A stretch of 44,184 nt of DNA from a virus (lineage: Duplodnaviria > Caudoviricetes), in the IMG/VR virus record IMGVR_UViG_3300037524_001870, positions 1-44,184 of that record; one strand, 5' to 3'. Shown here piece after piece: positions 37,554-44,184 of this stretch (its first letter is position 1; every line of letters starts with the position of its first letter). The notes beneath the pieces are model-generated. The model did no database searches. It was not told where the DNA came from and was given only the letters and a program-made list of their open reading frames with translations. The translations under genes were made by a program, and so were the position numbers.

Positions 37554-37751
37554 ATGGGGCGCCCGAGAACTCGAAGGAAAGTGCAGCTTCTGCTCACTTT
37601 TTGGGCAGACACTCCGGTTCGAGAATTGAAGAGGAAGAACTGCTGCTTTCTGGTGTACGGGGACATCCGAGACGCGGATAACCCGATCGTCGACGCTTTG
37701 TTTGAGCCGGAGACGCTGGAGCTTAAAATTCTCGAAGAAGCAACGAAGTAA
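37554..37751 (+). CDS. Hypothetical protein
   Basis: G-rich SD; followed by a terminator. Confidence 0.5.
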   Translation: MGRPRTRRKVQLLLTFWADTPVRELKRKNCCFLVYGDIRDADNPIVDALFEPETLELKILEEATK

Positions 37752-37772
37752 CCTAACTTGTTTACCATGTTT

Positions 37773-37807
37773 GAAGCCTGCATTTTTTTTGTGCAGGCTT
37801 CTTTTTT
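37773..37807 (+). terminator. Rho-independent terminator
   Basis: 10-bp stem GAAGCCTGCA/TGCAGGCTTC followed by T6. Confidence 0.75.
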
Positions 37808-37816
37808 GGAGGTGCC

Positions 37817-38170
37817 ATGTTATCAGAAAGAGCTGTCATAATGTTTTGGATCCCACTTCTTTTCTCTCTGTTTCTTGCTTTTCGTCCGGTACATCCCCAA
37901 ACTTTCAATCAGAGACACGTAGCCTCCTCCGATACAGTGGCTTGCGATTCTGCTGAAAGTTTTATGCGCCTCATCTTCTTGGGCCACTTGCAGAAGGACA
38001 TTGACGCGGCTGCAAAGTTTGCGATGGTTTCCTGTGTCAGCATCAAAAAGGGCCAAGAAGTTTTCAAGCTTTCCTGTTCTGACGATTACAAGACTGTCTT
38101 TTGTTTTAGGCGTGTGGGTGAGGTGGAGGTGTTGTACGGATGGGCAGATCATTTCGAACTTCTAAGGTAG
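37817..38170 (+). CDS. Secreted hypothetical protein
   Basis: GGAGGT SD; N-terminal hydrophobic signal. Confidence 0.6.
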   Translation: MLSERAVIMFWIPLLFSLFLAFRPVHPQTFNQRHVASSDTVACDSAESFMRLIFLGHLQKDIDAAAKFAMVSCVSIKKGQEVFKLSCSDDYKTVFCFRRVGEVEVLYGWADHFELLR

Positions 38171-38532
38171 ACAACCGAGAATATCTGAGATCAATATATT
38201 TTTCTGGTTTGACCACACTCCAAGAATTGGCGGACGAACTAAATGTTACTCGTGAAGCTATTCGAATTCGCCAGATTCGAGGACTTCGAGCGCTATGGCA
38301 GAGCCAAGTAATCGCCAAGCGTCTTGGATTGACTCCACAAGAATTTTTGGAATATCGGGCCAGCAACCCACCACTGGCTGGATCTCTGGCTAGAGCATCC
38401 TACGAGGTAGAAAAAGATCCTCAGAAAGGAGTCGTCAGAAGTGGTCCAATGTTTATCGCAGTTGATAGATCTTCTCGCTTGTTTCGAGTACTGACGGAAA
38501 AGTATGAGCGTGAAAATGGGAAAGGGGAATAG
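38140..38532 (+). CDS. Stand-alone sigma70 region-4-like HTH protein
   Basis: TLQELADELNVTREAIRIRQIRGLRAL resembles region 4.2 (TLEEVG..F.VTRERIRQIE.KALRKL). Confidence 0.68.
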   Translation: MGRSFRTSKVDNREYLRSIYFSGLTTLQELADELNVTREAIRIRQIRGLRALWQSQVIAKRLGLTPQEFLEYRASNPPLAGSLARASYEVEKDPQKGVVRSGPMFIAVDRSSRLFRVLTEKYERENGKGE

Positions 38533-38535
38533 CTC

Positions 38536-39048
38536 ATGGACCGGAAAAAATTAGTTGCAGGTGGTGCTGTAGCTCTGGGAATTGGAACAGCAGTTTTTGT
38601 TACAAAACTTCTTTTGGAGCCGGAACCTGCACAATTGGTTGCTGTTACGGATGAGCATGGGCGGTATCACTTGGTTGTTCCTCTTCCCGAAAATGATTGC
38701 GTAGAAGGCGTGTTGTCTTTCGAGTGCCCCGAAACAAATGTCAACGCTTCGATCAGCAGCTTGGATGCGGCGTGGATTCTGGATTCCGTGGTCGGATCCA
38801 GAGATGTCGACTTGAAAGCTTGCGATGTAACTGGCGACGGAACTTGTTCGGCCAGCGACGCAGCAGCAATTTTGGCATTCCAAGTTGGAAAGCCAAATTC
38901 CTATTCTACAGGAAAATGGTTGGCCCCTCCGGTTCCAATAACTCTTTGTCCCGGGGATGATGTGCGAGTTGACACGACGGTGCGGGTTTTGGGGGATGTA
39001 ACCGGGAGCTGGATTCAGGAGCAACAAAAAAATGAGAACAAAGACTAA
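38536..39048 (+). CDS. Membrane-anchored dockerin-like protein
   Basis: N-terminal TM; SSLDAAWIL..VVG, CDVTGDGTCSASDAAAIL and GDVTGSW motifs. Confidence 0.72.
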   Translation: MDRKKLVAGGAVALGIGTAVFVTKLLLEPEPAQLVAVTDEHGRYHLVVPLPENDCVEGVLSFECPETNVNASISSLDAAWILDSVVGSRDVDLKACDVTGDGTCSASDAAAILAFQVGKPNSYSTGKWLAPPVPITLCPGDDVRVDTTVRVLGDVTGSWIQEQQKNENKD

Positions 39049-39292
39049 TAAAAATTGGACTCATGAAGACGCTGGTTGGTACACTCATCCCCAGCTTGGG
39101 GGCGTGTGTTGGGAAGAAGCTAGACCAATGCCTTTGCCCCAAGGGCGGATACTTTGTGGTTGGTACTGGTGGCCTAAGGACGGCAGTAATCCCTTGGGGC
39201 CTTTTGGATCTGCTACTGCGGCCATGGCAAAAGCTGAGGAGTTTGACGAATGCCAGCGTGCTTGGCGGGCCGGAAAACTGGATGAAGTATGA
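39032..39292 (+). CDS. Hypothetical Trp-rich protein
   Basis: AGGAG SD; GWYWW...GPF...A motif. Confidence 0.65.
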   Translation: MRTKTNKNWTHEDAGWYTHPQLGGVCWEEARPMPLPQGRILCGWYWWPKDGSNPLGPFGSATAAMAKAEEFDECQRAWRAGKLDEV

Positions 39293-39702
39293 GCCAATCC
39301 AGTTTGTTTCGTCTTGGCACCGTGCAACTTTCTTCCGGACGACAAGCTAGTTGGAAAATCGAGTGCGATTCGCTTACGGCAGCAGACTGGGATTGTCTCG
39401 CACACATCGCAATCGAGCGGAATCTAGTTCGGCCGTTCGCTTCTGTGATTGGAGTACCTCGTGGCGGGCTGCCATTTGCCAATGCACTGCGACCATACGT
39501 GACGCCAGACGCTGATACTGTCCTTGTTGTCGACGATGTATACACAACGGGCCGCTCGATTTGGAAGGTCATGCTGAGTCCAAAAGCCGAGACTAGCGAA
39601 TGTTTTTGTATGCACAGAGTCTACGGACTTGTTGCATTTGCCCGTACACCAATTCGTGGCGACATCATCAAGTCTATCTGGACACTTGGAGGCAAAGAAT
39701 GA
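39289..39702 (+). CDS. Short type I phosphoribosyltransferase (orotate PRT-like)
   Basis: LSSG..S.WKIECD, GVPRGG and PRPP-binding loop LVVDDVYTTGRS. Confidence 0.82.
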   Translation: MSQSSLFRLGTVQLSSGRQASWKIECDSLTAADWDCLAHIAIERNLVRPFASVIGVPRGGLPFANALRPYVTPDADTVLVVDDVYTTGRSIWKVMLSPKAETSECFCMHRVYGLVAFARTPIRGDIIKSIWTLGGKE

Positions 39703-39908
39703 CTGGGTATCAGTTGCAAAAGTGGGAACGAACCAAAGAATTAGCAAAACTTTGTAATGTCACATGGCAATTAAGAAAAGATATAGCATTTTTTACTGTT
39801 AAAGGTTTGTCCCTAGGTAGCTTCGAAACAGTGGACGAGGCATTTGCTTTCATGTGTGGCTATGAACATTACGCTTCAGAAATTAGCAGTGTAAAGATTT
39901 GTAAATGA
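39699..39908 (+). CDS. Hypothetical protein
   Basis: GGAGG SD; ATGA overlap at 39699. Confidence 0.6.
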   Translation: MTGYQLQKWERTKELAKLCNVTWQLRKDIAFFTVKGLSLGSFETVDEAFAFMCGYEHYASEISSVKICK

Positions 39909-40063
39909 CAAACAATCACCGTCAGTTGCTGGAAGCGGGCTGGACTGTCGATCACGATGGTTGGTGGTGGCCTCCGAATCGCTTTTGTGGTTACGGGTAT
40001 ACTTTCAAGGAAGCTCAACGTTTATGGAAATTAGAGCAGGATAAAACAAAAGCTTCTGAGTAG
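39905..40063 (+). CDS. 52-aa hypothetical protein (not in ORF track)
   Basis: ATGA overlap; MTNNHRQLLEAGWTVDHDGWWWPP...; TAG at 40061-40063. Confidence 0.55.
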   Translation: MTNNHRQLLEAGWTVDHDGWWWPPNRFCGYGYTFKEAQRLWKLEQDKTKASE

Positions 40064-40134
40064 GCTCCCAAACGCGACTAGCGCGAAGCCTTACCGTGAG
40101 TCAAGGCCTGAATCCTACTAGGGGAGTCCCCCAC

Positions 40135-40163
40135 TTGACAAACGTTTGCCGTCGTGGTACACT
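40135..40163 (+). promoter_or_regulatory. Sigma70-type promoter P4
   Basis: TTGACA, 17-bp spacer, TACACT with TG extension. Confidence 0.82.
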
Positions 40164-40208
40164 CCTTCCCGAGCATGATCGTTTTCGGCCCAACGGAAAG
40201 GAGGTCAA

Positions 40209-40517
40209 ATGAAGCTAATTTTTTGTCCTAAGTGCAACGATATTTTCAGACTAACAGGAACTTGTAGAAAGTGTGAGTGCAAAAATTCTTACGGATACTA
40301 CGTAAATAACTTGTGTGCAGTAATTGGTGGCGATGCAATCCCTCTCGGAATTGAAAATTCGTCCTTCGTGGCAGCCCTCAGGAATCGCCCAGAAAAAACT
40401 TGGGGCTACAACTTTGAAGCTTTTGTCATTCCAAAGAGTTGTCCAACAATTCGGGTGGATTCAGATGCCAGTGAAAACGTTCCCAATCGTCCAAAAAGGA
40501 TACAGAAAAAAGTTTGA
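40209..40517 (+). CDS. Zinc-ribbon hypothetical protein
   Basis: AGGAGG SD; CPKC...C.C motif. Confidence 0.72.
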   Translation: MKLIFCPKCNDIFRLTGTCRKCECKNSYGYYVNNLCAVIGGDAIPLGIENSSFVAALRNRPEKTWGYNFEAFVIPKSCPTIRVDSDASENVPNRPKRIQKKV

Positions 40518-40695
40518 GCTTTGGATTTCCAGCCCACCCTTGGAGAAAAGTATTGCCCGAAACGAAAAAGAGAATTCTGCATGGCCGGGACAGTACAAGA
40601 ACTACGAAGTTCAGTTGGCATGGGAAGCTTTTCTACTTGGCGTAAACTTTAGAAAAAAGGAGGCTGCAAATGACGGACATGAAAGACGTGATTGA
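40465..40695 (+). CDS. Hypothetical protein
   Basis: FELWI..PP...AWPGQY..Y.VQLAWEAF; start is uncertain. Confidence 0.5.
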   Translation: MPVKTFPIVQKGYRKKFELWISSPPLEKSIARNEKENSAWPGQYKNYEVQLAWEAFLLGVNFRKKEAANDGHERRD

Positions 40696-41113
40696 AATTC
40701 TCGAAGCTTACAAAACTTCTGTGTCTACTGATCTGGAACAAGCGAACTCGGAAATCGACAGCTTGAAGAAGGGAACGGACAAGCAGTTTGCGCGGATCAT
40801 GGAACTGATCGCCGAGAGGGACAAGGCAGTCTCCGAAAAAGAAAGCTTTCAGAAACTTTACGAAGAGTCGACCTCGTTGGCTAACAGTCGTCTGGTTGTA
40901 ATGGACAGACTCCACGATGAAATCGACAAATTGAGGGACGAAAACTACACCCTGTCGGACAAATTGAAAAAGCTCGAAGTAAAGTTTGTCGAATACCTGC
41001 GACTCGTGAACAACACTTTCAGCAAACTTTTCAAGGAAACAACCCAGCTTTCCGGTTTGATGCAGGCAGCAAAAGATACGAACTCTGATATTTTGGCCGA
41101 ATACGTAAAGTAA
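40670..41113 (+). CDS. Coiled-coil hypothetical protein
   Basis: AGGAGG SD; heptad pattern. Confidence 0.7.
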   Translation: MTDMKDVIEILEAYKTSVSTDLEQANSEIDSLKKGTDKQFARIMELIAERDKAVSEKESFQKLYEESTSLANSRLVVMDRLHDEIDKLRDENYTLSDKLKKLEVKFVEYLRLVNNTFSKLFKETTQLSGLMQAAKDTNSDILAEYVK

Positions 41114-41134
41114 GTTTTCAAAAGGAGGCTGCCA

Positions 41135-41611
41135 ATGTCAGACAAAGAAGCGAGAATCGCTTGGATCAAGAAATACTGTCCCGGAGACGTTTACCTCGAC
41201 TTCAGCGAATTGGAACCGTCGCCAGAGAATATTTTGGCGGCTTCCGAACACAGCCTCAACAAATGGATTGGTCTCCGAAACAGTAACTTTTACCATCCCA
41301 ATGAAAGGCTCAAGTATTCGTGGCTCTACAGTGACACTTGTGCGCTCTGCTGTTTGATTCTGGAAAATAAGGAATACACAGACCTGACGTGCTCTGCGTG
41401 CCCGATTACTCGCCTGGGTTTTCGCGGGCTCAAATGTTCTTCTCCAAGAAGTGCATGGGAAGATGCAACAAGAAGAGATGTGATAGACCCGGAAACTCCA
41501 GAGTTAACTCCAATCGACCCGGAAATTATGATCACGGAATTGGAGGAGGTTGTGCGTAGCCTCAAGGTGGAACAAGGCCTGCTGATCGAGGAGGAAGAAT
41601 ATGTCGATTAA
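41135..41611 (+). CDS. Hypothetical Cys-containing protein
   Basis: AGGAGG SD; KW, CALC and C..CP motifs. Confidence 0.7.
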   Translation: MSDKEARIAWIKKYCPGDVYLDFSELEPSPENILAASEHSLNKWIGLRNSNFYHPNERLKYSWLYSDTCALCCLILENKEYTDLTCSACPITRLGFRGLKCSSPRSAWEDATRRDVIDPETPELTPIDPEIMITELEEVVRSLKVEQGLLIEEEEYVD

Positions 41612-42182
41612 AATTACGACTCAGAGGTTGGAGGACCACAACGCTTGCAGCTTGGCAATCGACCGTTTCGAGTACCATTTCCCGAGAAAAACATTGACAA
41701 TCAAGGAATGGACTCTAGAGCACCAGTTAATGCTTTTGAGTTCCGAATTTCGAATCCATTTCTCTTGGTTGGTGGAAAATTGTTTTATCCCCCAATGGTC
41801 GATGCGCAACGTTGACTTCAGTGACCAGTATCTAGTAGGTGCAGACTTCAGCAATTCAGATTTGACGGGGGCCAACTTTTCAAGGGCAAATCTTTTTAGA
41901 GCGAATTTCAAAAAATGCGATATTGCCAATGCAAAATTCGACCACGCAAACTGCACAGGGGTATTCCTGCGTTACAGCAGGAGTGGCTCTGCAACGTTTT
42001 ACGAAACGGAATTCAACAGCGCTTATTTTTACGATTGCGATCTCCCCCGACTGCGACACGCAAAACTGGCTAACGCAACAATGGTAGACTCAAAAGTTCC
42101 AATCGGCTGGAAAGTTTTACCTCACGGACTTGTCGTACCGGAAAATCCCGAAAACCCAGACACAGGAGTATTCGCAGCATGA
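41601..42182 (+). CDS. Pentapeptide-repeat protein
   Basis: ADFSN-SDLTG-ANFSR-ANLFR-ANFKK repeats after an N-terminal L...AC domain. Confidence 0.85.
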   Translation: MSIKITTQRLEDHNACSLAIDRFEYHFPRKTLTIKEWTLEHQLMLLSSEFRIHFSWLVENCFIPQWSMRNVDFSDQYLVGADFSNSDLTGANFSRANLFRANFKKCDIANAKFDHANCTGVFLRYSRSGSATFYETEFNSAYFYDCDLPRLRHAKLANATMVDSKVPIGWKVLPHGLVVPENPENPDTGVFAA

Positions 42183-42361
42183 AACTCATCTATGAAGAAT
42201 ATGTTTCAGAAGCCGGGGAATCCTCTACAGAAAAACAAGTTTTTACTCCCAAATTAACTGTCCACGGCCTCGGGCGCCATCTTCTCGTGCTGGAAACCGA
42301 CAGTAAAGAATTGCTGCGGCTCCAAGTGAAGAACTTCACAATAGACCTAATCCCAGAGTGA
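42179..42361 (+). CDS. Hypothetical protein
   Basis: AGGAG SD; ATGA overlap. Confidence 0.55.
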   Translation: MKLIYEEYVSEAGESSTEKQVFTPKLTVHGLGRHLLVLETDSKELLRLQVKNFTIDLIPE

Positions 42362-42371
42362 GAGCCCTAAA

Positions 42372-42521
42372 ATGATTTGCCCGAATTGCGAAACAAAAGT
42401 TTACGGAGACGATCCCCTTCAATGCCCGAATTGTGACGAACCTCTGGATGAAGAACAACTCAAGAATTCCGAAAACTGTCCAACCTGTAAAACCGAAAAT
42501 TGCTCCCACCTCCTGAGGTAA
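42372..42521 (+). CDS. 49-aa zinc-ribbon microprotein (not in ORF track)
   Basis: MICPNC...CPNC...CPTC...CSH; TAA at 42519-42521. Confidence 0.65.
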   Translation: MICPNCETKVYGDDPLQCPNCDEPLDEEQLKNSENCPTCKTENCSHLLR

Positions 42522-42525
42522 GTGG

Positions 42526-43116
42526 ATGGAAACACAGACAGACAAGGGGCAGGGGCTGATAGCACCACCATTGCCTGCGGTTACGGTGGATGCGGTACTG
42601 ACCAGCAATGCAGTTTTACCAGAACAGTTTTTCCAAACAAGAGCGCAAGAAACCCCGGAGATCAATCTAGCTCTAGCAATCCTCCAGCTAGCGTTCGAGG
42701 ACTTGAGGTTATTCAACCCAAGGTTCGGAACCTGTCAACCAACCTACACAACTCTGAAACTTTTCCGCTCAACAAACCTCTGGTTCTTAGCCGAAGACTT
42801 CGATCACCCATTCTCTTTTCTCCGCCTCTGTGAGCTGTTCAACCTCCACGCAAAAGAAATTTTGTCCGCCCTCCTGACTCAGGGTATTTTGCTCCCGAAA
42901 AAGCAAGCCATGGAGCTTGTGGATAATTCTCAATTAAACCGTCCAAGGGGTAGATACCATCAGTTACATAAAAAGAGAGCCGAAGACTCCGAAAACTTTT
43001 TCCAAAAGCCTGAAACTTTGTTGCAAAAAGCCCTGTTAAAATATTTCGAAAGAACAAAATCTCGACGACAATCCATGGAATCCCGACTCAAGAAAGCCAT
43101 AGTACTTATACAGTAA
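42526..43116 (+). CDS. Conserved hypothetical protein (VLPEQF...PE..L.LAIL...W...D...FSF..LC family)
   Basis: GAGGT SD; recognisable motif pattern; terminator downstream. Confidence 0.7.
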   Translation: METQTDKGQGLIAPPLPAVTVDAVLTSNAVLPEQFFQTRAQETPEINLALAILQLAFEDLRLFNPRFGTCQPTYTTLKLFRSTNLWFLAEDFDHPFSFLRLCELFNLHAKEILSALLTQGILLPKKQAMELVDNSQLNRPRGRYHQLHKKRAEDSENFFQKPETLLQKALLKYFERTKSRRQSMESRLKKAIVLIQ

Positions 43117-43145
43117 ACAAATCAAAACAAATGTTTCAAAACCCC

Positions 43146-43179
43146 AAGCCCCTCCCCCAAAACGGAGGGGCTTTTTTTT
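43146..43179 (+). terminator. Rho-independent terminator
   Basis: 10-bp stem AAGCCCCTCC/GGAGGGGCTT followed by a T-run. Confidence 0.85.
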
Positions 43180-43665
43180 GCCCAAAATTCCAAACAAATA
43201 TTCCCAACCAAACAAAATATATCGAAGATTCAGAACCCCCCAACCCAAACACGGATAGGGAGAGGTTAGTACCCAATTCCCAGCTAGAACAAAACAAAAG
43301 ATCAAATATCCAGAACCCAACCAGAGAGGATTACTAGGTAGAATCAATGAGGAGAGGAGATAGGAGGTAGGGAATAGGTGGGAGGTAGAAGAGAGGTAGG
43401 ATAGTAAACAAATCCAACAAGGAAGGTTAAGTATACCCAACATCCAAGAAACCCAATAAAATCAACACAAAACACACTCCTACACCCCCCAACAAATATC
43501 CCCAACCCCCCACCAAACACCCCCAAAAAAACCAACCATAATCCCAAAACTCTCCATAGCAATATTTTAATAATTAAAAAACTTTAGGGTAATTGCCCAA
43601 AATCATTTACCATAAAAGCGCGGAATTTTTGCGAAGGCGTCAAGGATAGGCGCTAGCCACTCAAA

Positions 43666-43691
43666 GCCGTAAAGGAATAAACCTTTACGGC
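43666..43691. repeat. Perfect 10-bp inverted repeat
   Basis: GCCGTAAAGG-aataaa-CCTTTACGGC. Confidence 0.75.
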
Positions 43692-43790
43692 AGCGGAGCC
43701 CATCACCCCCCTCCGCTAATAGGCCTAGGGTGACTAGCGGCGCTAGATAGTCTAGCTACGAGCCATAGGCGGCTGAGGAGAGTTTGACGT

Positions 43791-43820
43791 TTGACAAACG
43801 TTTGCTGTTTGTGATATACT
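43791..43820 (+). promoter_or_regulatory. Sigma70-type promoter P5
   Basis: TTGACA, 18-bp spacer, TATACT with TG extension. Confidence 0.78.
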
Positions 43821-43916
43821 GCGAAGCATCTCGGGGATCTTCCCGACCGGACAGCCCCTAGAGGGCGGAAGGAGGTGTGCCATTAGCGAACAGGCTACGG
43901 CAGACGAGGCGGCTAT

Positions 43917-44123
43917 ATGGTAGCGACCCTGAAGCGGATCAGACGTTCGCTGTATTGGTGGGCCATCGTGCTGGGCGACATAATCGCCTTCCTCGAAGGC
44001 AACTACATAAAGCGGACGGTGCGCAAGAAAATCTTGCGCCAGACGGGTCGCGCAACTAACAACCTGCCGAGCGGAATTGGGCTGATCCAGTTCATGCTCA
44101 ACGGTAAAACCAGAAGGAGGTAA
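43917..44123 (+). CDS. Small basic hypothetical protein
   Basis: GAGG SD; LY..A..LGD..A...G...KR..RK pattern; stop abuts the next SD. Confidence 0.6.
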   Translation: MVATLKRIRRSLYWWAIVLGDIIAFLEGNYIKRTVRKKILRQTGRATNNLPSGIGLIQFMLNGKTRRR

Positions 44124-44128
44124 CGAAC

Positions 44129-44184
44129 ATGGAGCGGGTAACGAACAAGGCGTACACCGAGGACCGAGTTTTTCAGAAGGCCTG
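44129..44184 (+). CDS. 3'-truncated hypothetical protein
   Basis: AAGGAGGT SD; ATG at 44129; frame open to the window end. Confidence 0.55.
   Translation, partial: MERVTNKAYTEDRVFQKA

Larger units (their letters stand above)
1..44184 (+). mobile_element. Segment of a dsDNA bacteriophage/prophage genome (lysis, replication, recombination and early-gene modules)
   Basis: Co-oriented, densely packed genes: endolysin, initiator/loader/helicase/primase, PolA, gp32-like SSB, RecA, Mre11/Rad50, resolvase, HNH and many small hypotheticals; no housekeeping operons. Ends and att sites are not visible. Confidence 0.93.

Noticed and set aside
40064-40134. Short hairpins suggesting a tRNA
   Set aside because: No cloverleaf, T-loop GTTC motif or acceptor stem could be built.
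43877-44059. 60-aa ORF starting at GTG 43877
   Set aside because: The GGAGGT is directly adjacent to the GTG with no spacer, and the overlapping 43917-44123 frame looks more protein-like; not fully excluded.

Overview
The window looks like a contiguous segment of a dsDNA (tailed) bacteriophage or prophage genome. Almost all credible genes are on the + strand. From left to right it contains: two GC-rich Thr/Pro-repeat surface or virion proteins; a lysis cassette (membrane proteins, a lipoprotein and a GH108 endolysin); a Gly-rich fibre-like gene; a ParB-DUF4417-like fusion followed by a tiny Arg/Gly peptide and a converging C39 peptidase; a replication block (SF2 helicase, initiator with an internal iteron origin, DnaC-like loader, DnaB-like helicase, primase); a Ycf46-type AAA+ operon; a sigma-like gene; a split UDG/exonuclease + PolA; a recombination block (UvsY-like, gp32-like SSB, RecA, Mre11/Rad50, resolvase); an HNH gene; and many small early-type genes. 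No integrase, capsid, terminase, tRNA or CRISPR was seen. The top candidate for a new system is a ~110-nt structured RNA (about 12691-12800) with its own promoter and terminator. Its two loops are complementary, in the correct antiparallel order, to a conserved UCGGCCC hairpin loop and an extended GGAGGCU Shine-Dalgarno found in the leaders of a family of strong sigma70-type promoters. Also notable is an AAA+ ATPase whose Walker B segment precedes Walker A. All family assignments are by motif recognition only; no database search was run.
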